NCBI GenBank assembly: GCA_036172245.1
Contig: JAYWIR010000008.1
Span: 806,001 to 870,000, forward strand
DNA from: Raillietiella orientalis
Lineage: Eukaryota
DNA: 64,000 bases
Reading direction: 5' to 3'
Both the position numbers and the translations under genes were made by a program. A model generated the notes under the pieces. The model was not told where the DNA came from and did no database searches. It was given only the letters and a program-made list of their open reading frames with translations. Below, piece by piece: positions 11,390-23,560 of this stretch; the stretch's first letter is position 1; every line of letters begins with the position of its first letter.

Positions 11390-12478
11390 GGAAAAGATGG
11401 AAAGGACTTCAGGCTTTTAGATTTGTAGTAGGTGGTGTGTATGTGTGTGTATATGTGTTTGTTTTTCAAGCTATGCTTTATTTATGGAATGATTTTTAAA
11501 TTGTTTCTTAAATTGAATTTTCTGTGCTTTAATAATAAGTGGTTGCATAAGAGTTGTTCCAGTTCTTTGATGCAAGGATTCCTTGCAAGTGTTCATGAAT
11601 TGTGGATTTAAGTATAATTAGGAGTTTTCACAAGTGATCTCACTTTGTAATAATCGAAAGTTTTTCAAAGCTGTAGACTTTCACAGCCTCTTTCCATGGT
11701 TATTACCTGTCTGCAAACTATAGCACATTTGCTTTGCAGGTGCTTCACATTTTTTAATGTTGATGCAGACTGTTCTTTTACATTATGAAACTGCTGTCTG
11801 TTTGTGATCATTGTTTATCCAAGGTGCCATAGTGTATAAAATGTATTCCTAAAATTATCATGTATTTTTAGAACAGGTATAGTCTGCTGAAGGCAGACAG
11901 GAGAAAGTGTGTCTGGAATGTTTTGCATCGACTTTTTGATGTTGGTCTCACTATTCATTTTGCTAGGCTTTCCATTAACTGAACTAGTTTTTAATCATTC
12001 TTATTTCATTATGGTTCGAAAACTGAATCTATCAATCATGGAAATTATGTTTTGGAACTGCAATGTGAATTTTTTTTTAATAATTTAAGTGATTCAGTTC
12101 TCATTTTGATCGTAGTTTATCTTGGTTATCTTAAGAATTCTTTTAAGACTGAGTAGTTTTTTTGTGCATTTTTAATGGAAAAGGGTCAAAAGTGCATCCT
12201 TCCAATATGTGGTCATTTGTTTTGTTTTCTAGATTATATTACACTATTTTGTTTATCTAAACACAGTGTTATTAACACTGCCTCACTGGCTAAATATCTA
12301 TGCTGCTGCCATCTTTGTCATAGTGTGGTTCTGGTTTTCTCCTTGAAGGTGGTTTGGTAGAGGAATATAAAGAAATTGACTGTAGTTAAGATAGCTTTAA
12401 ACTCAATTACCGTGCAGATGTTAAATCTGTTGTGTAAGATCTGTACCAAAATGTAAGATTACCAGAATAACATAACTC

Positions 12479-12484
12479 AATAAA
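12479..12484 (+). promoter_or_regulatory. Candidate polyadenylation signal for GTF3C6 (implies a 3' UTR of about 1.4 kb)
   Basis: AATAAA followed about 20 nt later by a GT/T-rich tract (tgtgattctgtttgt), at the end of a T-rich, UTR-like stretch. Confidence 0.4.
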
Positions 12485-13204
12485 AGATTGGAATTCTAGA
12501 AAATGTGATTCTGTTTGTAAAAGTTACTCTAATTGATTGGTTTATATTTTGATTACTGTCAATTTAAGAAGTGGACAAAATAATCCATTAAATCTCGGTA
12601 ACAGTGGTGCTTAATTTTATTGGCATCTCATCTTAAGATGAACTACAGTTGTGCTTGGTATCGTCTAGTTCAATATTTTAGTGCATGTTCATAAGTATGA
12701 GATTATATTCTGACAGCTTCTCTGAGTAAAGTTTTGTTTCAGAAGTCACAGTATCTCCAACTTTGCTTATCAGCAGCGTTGAGTAACACCACCAGGGAAC
12801 ATTTTCACCAACTGCCTTTTAATTGCAAAGTGGAGCATTCCTTAATCAGACTTCTTTCCCAAGTCTTACATAATGCAGTTTTATGTTTCAGAGTATTGAA
12901 CAACAAACAGGAAGTGTTGCCTAGCATCGACAATGAAGAACAACACTTTTAAAAATCAAAGTTGTATTGTGTTTTTACCAAAGAAACTGATTTCGCCAAA
13001 GCCCAGTCTTTTTCATGTTGTACAGAATCATTGTTTTTCGTTTCAGAAGGAATGCAATTCGTGGAATAAATTTGCACACTTTTTTTTCTCTTTTGCACAG
13101 GGTTACATCAAAGTTTTTAATATTTGTCCCCAACGAAATACATTTGCATTTCAATTACATACAGACTTTTGATTTTGCTCCTTAAAAAAAGGGGGAGGGG
13201 GGAA

Positions 13205-13560
13205 CAGCGTCGCTTATGAAAGCTCAAACGCCGAGAAAGATCTTCCACATAATCGCAAATGTAATTTGAGGATTGAAACCACGAATTTTCAAGGTAAGAG
13301 TAGGCACCGAGTACGAGCCCCATTCCTTATCATTCTGCCATATGCACATGGAGCAAACCCTGGAACCGATTTCTTTGATCCAGAGGCTCTTCCCGAGCTT
13401 ACCGTTAATGCGCTTGGCTCAATGTGCCAACTTGGCTCATAACGCCCAATATTGAGATGCAACAGGAGATTGCCCAATGGCTTCGGGCTCAGCATGCTAC
13501 CTGGAACACTGGGCAGCAGTTGGCGTAGTCCACTTTGTACCTGGCCGAAAGTGGGGAAGT
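13205..13560 (+). mobile_element. Decayed non-LTR retrotransposon 3' fragment (Jockey-like post-RT region)
   Basis: NRKCNLRI/KPRIFK..PIPY..AICTWS..LIQRL..LNVPTWLITPNIEMQQEI resembles R.SKL..K..LYK..P..YG..W..IQRFQ..LR..NAPWYV.N..LH.DL. Several frameshifts. Confidence 0.35.
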
Positions 13561-13979
13561 GCTATTTTCTGAGGAAGCTTCTCGAGTTATTTGTATCCAG
13601 CCGACCGGATGGAATAAGAAACAGTACTTTGCGAGAAGTCGGCAATATCCTCCTGAACAGAATGCCGGGGAACATTCCACCCTCTTGGACGTTTTGTCAC
13701 GAAACGCTGAAAGGTGCTCAGCTTTCACTTCGATTCCTCAACGCTACCACAGCGATGCATCGAGCATGTGGTCAATCCTAAGTGGCCAAGCAACCCTGAA
13801 CTTCACTTCATCCTTTGGAGTTCGCCAGCAACGCATATGTACGTATACCTAATTTTAATTTTGAGATTGCTAAACGCGCTCCGTTGTTCTAGCAGGAAGT
13901 AATCTGTACTTTCTCCTTGTGTGTCACATGTAGTCTACATTAAAAGTATGTACTTCCGGCAGTAGAGCGCCAAGATCGT

Positions 13980-16066
13980 CTTTTCTGGTCCCTGAGCCGT
14001 CGTTGCATGGCATGTTTATTACGCCTGCCTTTCTTTCCTAAGCCCAGACGACAGCTGCAACTTCCACACGTCGGCCTTCTGTGATAGCAGAGACTTGGAT
14101 TTCCCGGGACGCTGACTTCTGCCGATTCCTTGACCCCCTCTTGACTTGGAGAAAGAAAAGATTCTCCAATGTCCAGGCATCTTTGACTTGCCTCAGCTTA
14201 AATTTGACGCACCTGAAGCAAACCGGGGCGGGGGGGAGGGACAAAGGACTATCATGATTACTTTGAATGCTTATTTCTGCTGCTGCTGCTGCTGTTTTGA
14301 GGATGAGGCTTCAAGGTTTAACTCTTTCTCAAACATTAGCAAAGTCGCCGAATAAGGCATTTCGCGCCCTTTCTCGATTCCTATACGGTTGGAATCCAAC
14401 GGTCATATTCCTAGAAGGCAAATCAGGCACGAGACCGATCCGTCTTCTGCGTCTCTTGTGACCATCTGCGCAGGTTCACGGAGCAGGTCGCGCCCCTCGC
14501 GAATATGGGAGATCACACATGCCTGCGCTTTCGCAACCAATGGCAGACGGAGCGTTCCGTGTCCTCCATGAGGTGACACACCAATCTTATGTGAGTTCAT
14601 CATGTGTTCGCCTCGCATTCGCGAACATCCATCTCTAAGGCAATGAAAACGTATACAGGGGCGTAAAGCCATGCTTCGTGTTCACCATTCGGCTTTGGAC
14701 GTGCTGATGAATGGCTTCAGTTTGACCGCGTGCGCGTGCTTGAATTCATTCCTCGATTTGGAGATCTCCAGTTAGGAACCGAATTCCCATTTCGAATAAA
14801 GCAAGTCGACTGCTGGTGCTTCGCAAACTGAAACATCGTTTTCCAAATGGTCATCCTCGAGAAATCCATCGCCAAATCATGCAGGTGCTCAGGTCTGCCT
14901 TACCCGATCCAGTCGTGCGTGCTTCCTTCTTTTCTTTCTTCTTTGGATCAAGTTTCAAAACCTGCACTGGAAGGTGCGCTGACTATATGGCCGCATAGGA
15001 ATCACAAGATCGCATAGATCAAAATCAGTGTGGTGCTATGTACCGTCGTTGCACAGTGCGAATGCCATCTCGTTCCGTGAGTGCAGAGCATGTGACCGAG
15101 CTGACGGTTCCCCAGCCAGTCGCGGCCGCAAGCTCTCCTGGATTCCGTGTTCGTTCACTCTGGGAGCAGGATCTCTCCCGATGAAAATCTGTTGCCCACT
15201 GGAAGAAAAGACGACACAGTGCGAGAACACGATGCTACGAGCGCGGAAATGGTTCAAAAACACAGCAAGACGTACGCACACACACAAAAAAGGCCTTCTG
15301 AAAGATACCCTGGGGAACAAACAGAACGGAAAAGTCCTCAGAAGCGACGTTCATCTCATGGACTCTGGCTGTTTCGGAAACGCGAGCACATCTGCCACAA
15401 AATGCGCCCTTCCGCGAAAGAGATGGGAGGATTCAGCAGCGCACTCTGGAAACAGCAATGCTTGGCGCCTCACCACCGGAGCCAACGTCTCAGACGAGAG
15501 GAAGGATAAACAGAAAGACGACACACTCGATGTGGCCGCCAATCTCTGCAGGTTCCGGAACATGAAGCTGAAGGAGGCTGGAGCGACGCCACGGAGGAGT
15601 GACCTACCACAGAACACTCAGGATGACCTCCTGATGTACTATCATGGAGGAATTCCGAGTGGCCGCGCACTGAAGTTTTGGACAATCAACAGTCAAGACG
15701 AGCTCTGCAAGGCATGTGGAGCCGGGGACACTCAGATTCACGTTCTCACCTGCCTTTTCGCTGCTCCAGGATTGGACAACGGTAAAGGTGGTGACCGGCC
15801 TACAGACAAATGCGAAGATGCAGACCTTGGAGGGAATGTTTGTTACAATCCCATCCATGCACCAGCGTCGCCCTCTTCCTCACAAAGGATCGTGATAACA
15901 AGGGCAAAAATGCCTGAGCGCTAGTGTCTGCGACGAGCATCTTCGAAGGAGCACTGGAGAGGGAAGTTGGGATCAGGAACTGCGGCAGAGTACCTCCCCG
16001 GACACACCGCTACATCTTGAAGAAGATGGCGGATGCCCAAGTAAGCGGACTTCCGACCAGACCCTA
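13980..16066 (+). mobile_element. Decayed L1/Tx1-type LINE ORF2 (RT through zf-RVT)
   Basis: FPKPRR and EKIL..LPQL, FEDEASRFNS (cf. D.EKAFD), FLYG..VIFLEG..PIRLLR, RADE (YADD vestige, ~14700), WKVR*LYGRIGITRS..SVWCY, RKLSW, KWFK. A clear zf-RVT follows at 15598-15775: LPQNTQDDLLMYYHGGIPSG..CKACGAGDTQIHVLTCLFAAP/DW. Confidence 0.72.
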
Positions 16067-16520
16067 GTGACCTCCTCCCCCTTCCTTCCTCAACAGAGAC
16101 AGAATCCCGAAGAAAGTGGACGCTCTGTGTCTTGAACTTTCGCGTGCAGAGACACTCAACAGATCGTCTGCAGAAATGCGTGGATGGTGAATTTGTGTGA
16201 AGGCTGTTTCATAAGTTCGCCCCGACGCTGGTCGGACCGGGGAAAATCTGAGATGTTTCGGAAACATGGGAGCACTGAGTATGGGAGCGAAATCCCCATC
16301 CTGGGTGTACTTCCGTTTCAAACTCGCCACCCAGTTGCTTTCCCTCTGCTTGTAGAGGGAATGTTGCAGCAGCTGGAGAGAGGCTCGTTGTTCGACTCCT
16401 TAGCTGCAGACAGGCTCGCTAGCAGGGACGCTTCCACTGCTTTGGTCCAGACGGCTGATGACAGGGGAAGAAGAAGCAGCAGCAGACACGATTCGGATGC
16501 CCGCAGCGTGGACCAAGAGA

Positions 16521-16627
16521 CTTTGGGAGGGGGAAGCTCCCCTCCCCCTCCCAAAGGGGGAGGGGTTGCATGCCCCCCCCTTTGGGAGGGGCATGCAACT
16601 GCCCCTCTGCCCGCTCGGTTGCATGCG
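16521..16627. repeat. Chain of overlapping perfect inverted repeats
   Basis: 16521-16534 pairs with 16543-16556 (14 bp). 16545-16560 pairs with 16576-16591 (16 bp). 16565-16576 pairs with 16588-16599 (12 bp). GTTGCATGC recurs at 16618-16626. Confidence 0.9.
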
Positions 16628-18874
16628 CGAGGGGGTGCGGCTTGCAGAGTGCAATGAGCACAGCCGAGAGGAGAGTGCGTCGTTCTTTCCAAGCGGAAAC
16701 GGCATAGAAGAAATGCTTAGGAGCCATCGTTCAAGAGCCACTTCTTGGGAATGAAATTGGCGTCTGCGAGACCACGCAAGCGAACGGCAGATTTTCCTGC
16801 TTTCACATTCATTTGCTTAGCTTGTTCCCCATCCCGTTTCATTAGTAAGGAAATGAATGCAACGCACGGGGAGAGCAATTTACGTTCATCACGTATGCTG
16901 GTCCTTGCGTAGCAGCAACGAAGACGATAAATCCATTCCTCAAGGCAATGGGTTTGCTCATTTCTTTCTTTCGCTCATTCCTGGATCCTCTCGCGAAAGT
17001 TTCCGAACTCGGTGCCCGCGAATTCCTGACGGCTGCAGGCGTGACCTGCGACCGGCAGATCACTCCAGGCCCAGAGTGCGTCGGAGTTGCGAACAGAGCT
17101 TCAAGGCGACCGAACCTCTGGAGGCAAAGGTTGAAGCTGTGGGCGACTCGTGCGGGGTCCGGCAGTCTTTCTGATTCCGGCCGGACCCCTTGGGCGCTCG
17201 ACTCGCCATCTTCCACGCCGTTCGGGCGAGCGCGTCCCCTCCGTGAACTCAAGGCGGCGGCAAAGCGAACCTTCCAGTCCAGAGAGCGAGGCTTCCAGCG
17301 ACAGCCACCCCCGGCTTCATCAGGCGGACGAGCGTTCTCTTCCAGCTGTCGGACCGGAGAAAGTCCCCTGTCCGCAGGAAGAGGAAAGGCAAGTCGCCAT
17401 TTTCTGTGCGACTGCGATGTCCCCACAGGCTCAGCTGACCACCACGGCCCTCTCAGCTGCAGCCAGCGAAAAGGCATTTCGGCGCCCACCTTCCAAGACA
17501 ACCCCTACTGAAGAATGGCGGCGAGGAAAGGGGGCGGGCATCACGGGACGCGTTCCCTGCGGCCAGCTCCCCGACGGGAAGGGTGCACCGGGTGGTGTTT
17601 CTCATGTTAAGACGAGAAGACCAGGGAATTCGCTCTTGCGCCGGCTTCCGCCTCCGCTTACGAATCGCTGACCTCTGTGCGTTCCCACGGCGCGGACGCC
17701 ACTCCTCTAAGGAGCGCGAGGCAGCGGCTGCGGGGGTGAAAATCTGCTGAAGCCAAGACAGAGATGTAGCGGCCCCGAGGCCAAAGTGGCCTGAAGCCGT
17801 TCTGGACCCGCCACGGAGTTTCCATCCACGTGATGCCGGCGAGCATTTCCGTGCGGAAGAGCGGCACGCCTGCCACAGCAAGAAAGTCCCCCTCCCGAAA
17901 CGGTCTCGATCGACCATCTGCCGGAAGTCGCCCTCTTCTTCGATGCACCCCTCTTGATGGGGTGCCTTCTGCCCCAAACTCTGTCCGTCTCTTTTTCGCC
18001 TGGGCACCTGCTTCGTTCGCGTTTGACCTTCGGCTGTGGTGAAAATTTCCACCTCACGCCGCCGCGATTCCGTGTTGCAGGCGCAGCATCCGCGCACCGA
18101 CAGAACTCCGCTCCCGGAAGAATGCCGAGGAGGAGGAGCGCGCCGGCGTTATGAAGACCAAGGAAAGAGGAAATCGCAGCCTCCCTTCCTCCTCGTCCTC
18201 CCCCTTCCTTCCTTCCGAAAAGGCGGGGAACCTCCACCACCAGGATGCGACCTTTGTGATCCCCGGGCGGTACGCGCTGCTCGTGCTGGACCACAACGAG
18301 AGGGTAGCGACGTGCCTTCCCCCGCAGGAACATTCCCGCACGCTCCCCCGAGTGCGAGGGCAGGCTTGCCTGCCGCAGCCCCACTCGCCCGCCTGCCTGC
18401 CGCCTCGTGTCAGCGGGTGGCGACCGTTCGGAGTCTGCCGGGCTCTGTTCGCTGGTGTTACGAGGCGTCCGGCCGGCCATCTTCCGGCTAATGAAGAGCG
18501 TTGCCCTACCCGAAGACATCCCGTTCTGTGCAGCTCGCGGTCCGCCGAGCGAGTTCGTCAGCTGGAGGACCGGTTCCAGGCGCGCGGGTCCATCGTCGAA
18601 GGTCACCGGACTCTCAGCGGCAACCGCATCTCGTTCCTCTTGGAAAGATGGAAGGGCGCGGTCACCTTTTGTGCGCATCAGGAGAGGGCGCGTGAGCGAG
18701 CTGAGCGCGGTGTTTCCGGAAAGCGGGCCGCTGCGTCCGCCGCGCGCTCTTTCGCTGCACAGCGTCCGGGCGCGGAAGTCAGCACGGATTTCGAGCGGCG
18801 TCCGTGAGGGAGATGCGCAGGAGACACCCCAGGGAACGCCCCATCTCCCGCGCGGCATCCGCGCGGTAAAAGCC

Positions 18875-18883
18875 AAAAAAAAA
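18875..18883 (-). terminator. RNA polymerase III terminator (T9) of tRNA-Asp
   Basis: A9 on the + strand reads as T9 on the - strand, 6 nt downstream of the tRNA discriminator base. Confidence 0.85.
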
Positions 18884-18889
18884 TAAGAC

Positions 18890-18961
18890 CTCCCCGGCGG
18901 GGAATTGAACCCCGGTCTCCCGCGTGACAGGCGGGGATACTAACCACTATACTACCGAGGA
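18890..18961 (-). tRNA. trnD-GTC: tRNA-Asp (anticodon GTC), 72 nt, intronless
   Basis: Minus strand reads TCCTCGGTAGTATAGTGGTTAGTATCCCCGCCTGTCACGCGGGAGACCGGGGTTCAATTCCCCGCCGGGGAG. The acceptor stem TCCTCGG/CCGGGGA pairs, the anticodon arm is CCCGC-CTGTCAC-GCGGG, the A box is TAGTATAGTGG and the B box is GGTTCAATTCC. No encoded CCA, as expected for a eukaryote. Confidence 0.97.
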
Positions 18962-19519
18962 TCTGCGCAAACTTTCGTTTTTAACGGGTATTCAATGCAC
19001 GCAGCAGCGCAAGCATCTCCGATGGCGGGAGCGAACTGCTTTTTACGAACTGCCACATGTTTTCCTTCCTATTTGGGATGCTTTTCTTTTCGGAGGCTGG
19101 AATTTCAGTGGACCTGGGGTGAAATTGGCAACGACTTGGAAGAGGAGCAACTCTTGGAATCGCAAAGGAAAGACGCGCAGCACTGATACGATGTCGTGGA
19201 AGCCAGATAGTGCCAACGCAGCAGAAAAATTAAAAAAAAAAGATGCACGCGTCCGTGTGACCTTCAGGTGCCTGCTGTTCCTGCTTTAGTGCAGTTGGCG
19301 CGGTCTCGGTTCACAAAGCGCTCGTGAGATCTCCAACGTTTTCTTGGGATTTCCTTCTTGTTTTTTTCCCTCCAGAATTTGAAGCCCTCCGCCAAGTCTG
19401 CCCACCTGCAGACGGGTAGCCTGATAGGATGCGGTGAGTGGGAGTACTCCGTGACGCGCTGTGCAATGCACCCTGTCCCCCCCCCCCCCAAGCCTTCCGC
19501 TCCCCTTGCAAACATCGGA

Positions 19520-22500
19520 TGGGAACAGCGACGGTCTTCCCCGTGAGAAGGAGACCCGCGGGCCGGTGGACTGATGCCGACCGCGGCCAGCAGTCAATCT
19601 GCATGGCTTCCTATGCCCCTCAGCCTCTGCACGGGCCCTGCTTCCCGTGCGTAATGGCGTGCTTCAGAGTGACGACGGCTGGCGAGCGCGCCCCGTCCTT
19701 CATCCCGCCGCGCGCAAGAAGCGGTCCGGTCTCGCCTACCTCTCTCGGGGGACTTCGAGGAACTTTCGGATCTCCACTTCAAGGACGCATGACTTTGCCA
19801 GTGGACGGTGATTCGACCCGGATGCTTTCCGTCCTAGAGCTAAGAAGAGGGAAGAGAAAAGACTGAAGATGATGGAGCCGAGCCTAGAAGCCCTTAGGAC
19901 CGCGGTCCTTGAGAGGCACAGGAAGATGGAGGAAGAAGATGTCCCTTCCCCCTTCGCTCGCACCGCGTCCCACTGCTTGCGGCTGAGAAGGCTCTCGAGA
20001 GGGCGGCCTCTACGTGCGAGAAGAGCCGGTCAGGAAAAATACAGGACCCCTCATCGGGCGAACGCAGCGTCATCCCTCCCGGAGGCACCCCCGGGTTGCT
20101 CCCTGCTTTCAGCTTCCTCCCTTCGATCCCATTCTGCTGAAGGAGGCGCCCTCGGGCCGTTCTTGACTCTTACGGGAAGGAGAAGGGGTCAAGGGTTGGA
20201 AGGATCATGGTTTTCCTCTTGGGTGTCTCTTGGGCCGGCAGGAGACCGTTCCGTGGTCTTCCTCCGACATCAAGAGGAAGCTCCACGTGAGGTGGGCTGC
20301 ACTTGGCACTGCAGTCCCCTCGGAGGCGGCCACGTAGGATGAGACGTACCCTGCTCGCCGATGAAAGAGTCCCCTTGGGGGTCGCTCGGGCCCAAGGCTC
20401 CGGGGGAGGAGGAGGGAAGCAACCAAGCGCGAGGCTATGGAAGCTGCCATAACCCCGTGCTGGGTCAAGGAGCGTCGCCTGCGTCCAGCCCGAGTGAGGG
20501 GAGAGGAGGCGGGGTAAGTAGAAAGGATGGAGGTCGGTCTTTTGTCTCTGACCTCCGGCGTTTCCACAAAGATTTTGGTGTGAGAGAAAGATGGGCGGCG
20601 AGAGGAGAAGGAGACACACCGACCCCTCTCCCCCTCCCCCTTTCGGGGCTTCTGCTGCAGGCGCGGTAGTCGTGCCGATTCCCCCTTAGGAAACCCCTGT
20701 AGGGAGGTGGGCTCCACGAGGTCCCGGGCAGCAGCCGAAAGAGGACCAGGAAGGAAGGAGGTAGAGGGATAGAAAGGGGTCAGTCCCCCTGAGAATAGGA
20801 GCGAGCTCTAAGCGAGGGGGGGAGAGGAGGGTTTATCCCACTGGAAAATTGGGAAGATGGAGGTCTGTTCGGGTTTCCTTCCCCTGTGGTGGTGGATTCG
20901 ATGGGGGAGGAGACCCGAGAGACTCCGGGCAGACGCAGTCGAGGGAATCGTTGCCTGGTGGCTACAGCCTGCGGCTCCGGGAGTGCAGTGCGGCCAGGGT
21001 CGCTTCGGACCCAGGAGAACCATGCTCTCGACGGACAGGAAGGTATCCCTCCGCGTTGCCAGGGTACCGAGAACTCCTGACTCCCGTATCTTCCTCCGCC
21101 TCCTCCCTTCTTAAAGGCATGGAGGTCACATGCTCCACGCTTCGGGGCGGAGATATCCGTCGGAGTCAAGGGGGTTTCAGTCAGGCTCTGATGCCGCAGA
21201 AACCACCAGGGAAGAAAAGATGCGAAGGAAAGGGGGAAGGAAGAGGAAGCGGAGCGCTGCTGCTGTGGGAAGGTCACAGAGTGCATGCCTGTTGCGAAAA
21301 ATTCCCTCCTCCCCTCCCTGGACCATCAACCAGGGCACGGGTTGACCCGTGAGAGGCGTTCATCTGAGCGCTGAAAAAGAGCGATAAAGGCTTCGCCGCC
21401 TGCGGCCACGCCGAAGAGCGAGGGGATCGAGGATCACCCCACGTGACCTCCTTCCGCTCTGACCCTCCCTCCGCCCATCCCTAACGCACGCGCGGATCTT
21501 CCCCTCTTTTCCGGAAGTTCCGCCCACTGTCCCGGGACCGACGCTCCCGTCCAGTGCATATGGTCAGCCGGCTAGTCGCGGCGGTCGTCCGAGGGAAGGG
21601 GTGCCCCTTAACGCGCGCTCCTCGAGTGGTGGGAGAAACAGCGGGAGGGAGAGGATCAGATGCCCCCGTGGCGCCCTCCCGCCCAGGAAACACGACCTCT
21701 CGCGGCAAACGCGAGGATGGTGAAATGCATGGCCCGGGGCCAAGAGGGATCCAGGCATCACCTGGGCGGTCTCGGTTCATGTCAAGGAGGAAAGGACCCA
21801 GGGGTAGGGAGTTGCGTTGATCCCTCCCTCCGCCACTTGGAAACGGGCGACGCCCTCCGGTGGCACTGCGGGTGGCTGGATAGGGTGAAGGGTCAGAGCG
21901 GCTGGAGAAGGGTGAAGGCGCCCCGGAAGTCCCTGAGGTGTCCGTCGAAGAGATCATTGCGCAAGGAAGGGATGACAATGACCTCGGTGACCTCCTCCAC
22001 ACCCGGCCATCCCCGAGCCGGAAACCCGAACACGCGGTCAGCTCGAGCTGGAGACGCAGCATCCACGGTCCGGCCGAGGCACCCGGAGCGCGAGCGCCGC
22101 CCTCCTTGCTGCTTCCCCTTCCAGGGTAACAGCCGGAAATTTCGAGGAGGTGGAACCGTGTCTTCTGGAGGTTCCGCGACCCGCCCCGGAGGCACGTCAC
22201 AGTGGGCAGCCCTTCGGCAAGGAAAGCCGCAGTCGCCCCTCCGCCCACGGTGCCGTGACCTGTCGCGAGCGCGCAGCGCCTGGAGGAAATCGTTGTTTCT
22301 CCCTGCTGGCGGGCGGAACTCGACCTCAGATTCCTCCCTCAGGTTCAGGTGACCCGTCCGACCTTCGGGGCGGCGGCCGAGCTTCCTGGCTACTTGGCGC
22401 TCTGCCTCAGTAGCAGGGTCGCGAAAGGAAGGGGGAGGGGGAGAGAGAGAGGGGACGCGCCTGCTCTGCTGGCTGCGGGGTCCAAGGGCGGCGGGTTCGC

Positions 22501-23560
22501 GCGACTGTCGGAGGTGGGGAGTCACCTCTGGGAAGGGGACCTGCCCCCGACGCGAGTCGAGGCGAGCGGCGGGGTGCCCTCCCACGCCACCAGCGGGACC
22601 CCGGCTGCGCTCTCGACCGTGTACACCGGCAGGACAGCCAGGCGCAACAAGGAGGTCGTCCTGCAACTGCCCTTTTCTCTGAAAAAGATGGGAGGAAGGG
22701 GGGGGGGAGGAAGTTCCCCGTGACATCCTCCGGCAGAGCCGTGGAGAAACTTCCGGTTCCGCGCTGATTTTGCAAGGGGCGTCTCTGAGTTTCTGGAATC
22801 GGAAGGAAAGGAACCGAAGTTGTGTGTTTTCGACCCCCGCGTGAGCGTGGCTCCTGCCTTTAGCAGGGGAACTCCCTGCGCAGGGCAAGAAGAGGGCGGC
22901 TGGAAGGACTCTTTTGAGACGACGACGACGAAACTTCCCTGGACTTTCCCTACCTCTGGGGGGAGGGAGGGGGGGGGGCAGAAATGAGCCGGAGGGATGA
23001 CGCGCGTCGGTGTAAGGACGCTGTCCCAAAGCTCGCCTTTCCTGTCCCTCCTTTCGAACAGGGAGGGTGGGGGCGAACTTCCCTCCCGAAGGAGAGTCAC
23101 TCGGCCGCGTTCCGTTCTCTCGGGAAAGCGTTCTCCGCATCACGGATAGTACCCGCGGAGAGTGGGAGGCAACCGAGCGGGAGAACGACGACAGCGGGAA
23201 AAGGGGAAGAGTCCCGGGGGGGCGGGAAGGGGTGAGTGGGAAGGTGGGGAGTGTCTGGCCGAGGGGCAGTCGAGAGTGCGGTCGTACCCCAGTCCGACGG
23301 CGGAAGTCCAGGGAAACTGAATTCTTCCTTCTTCCGTCTCCCTTTTCCCCTTTTTCCTTCCTGGAAGATCCGACTGTGTTCTCGGGACGCGCCAGGGAAC
23401 GGGGGAGTGTGTAGAGGGAGAAGCCCCTTTCAGGAGGGGTTTCGAAGGGTCCCGGGGATGGGGGGAGGAGGTGGAAACCCGTTGCTGCGAGCATCTGTTG
23501 GGGACGCCCGTCATTCAACAGACCTCGAGGCGATGCCTTTGAGGGCGGACTGCGGGGGTC
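19520..23560 (+). mobile_element. Decayed Ty3/Gypsy pol (PR-RT-RH-IN)
   Basis: Protease vestige DADRGQQSIC (~19575). RT: ALRTAVLERHRKMEEEDVPSP, GLEGSWFSSWVSL (~20195; cf. L.GA..FS.LDL), RVPLGVARAQG (cf. RMPFGL.NAP), SGLLLQAR*SCRF (~20645). RNase H: SRHHLGG, ALRWH. Linker: SVEEIIAQGRDDNDL. Integrase: EVGSHLWEGDLPPT, VPRDILRQSRG (~22715), EKPL..SKGP (~23420-23452). Confidence 0.6.

Larger units (their letters stand above)
16085..19350 (+). mobile_element. Decayed Ty3/Gypsy pol (RT-RH-IN), interrupted by an inverted-repeat chain and by the tRNA gene
   Basis: RT: PKK/KWTLCVLNFR/LNR (~16100-16160), GKSEMFRK..EIPI, VAF..G..F..Q/RLM, SVDQ (DD vestige), KKC..HFLG (~16710-16750), INPFL..GL..FFRSF, CEQSFK. 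RNase H: RHFLC..ADHHGPL (~17400-17450). Integrase: GRYALLVLDH, LPEDIP..RGP..EFVS, DGRAR. Past the tRNA: ESQRKDAQH*YD and SWRG..REISNV (GPY/F-like, ~19290-19340). Confidence 0.6.
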
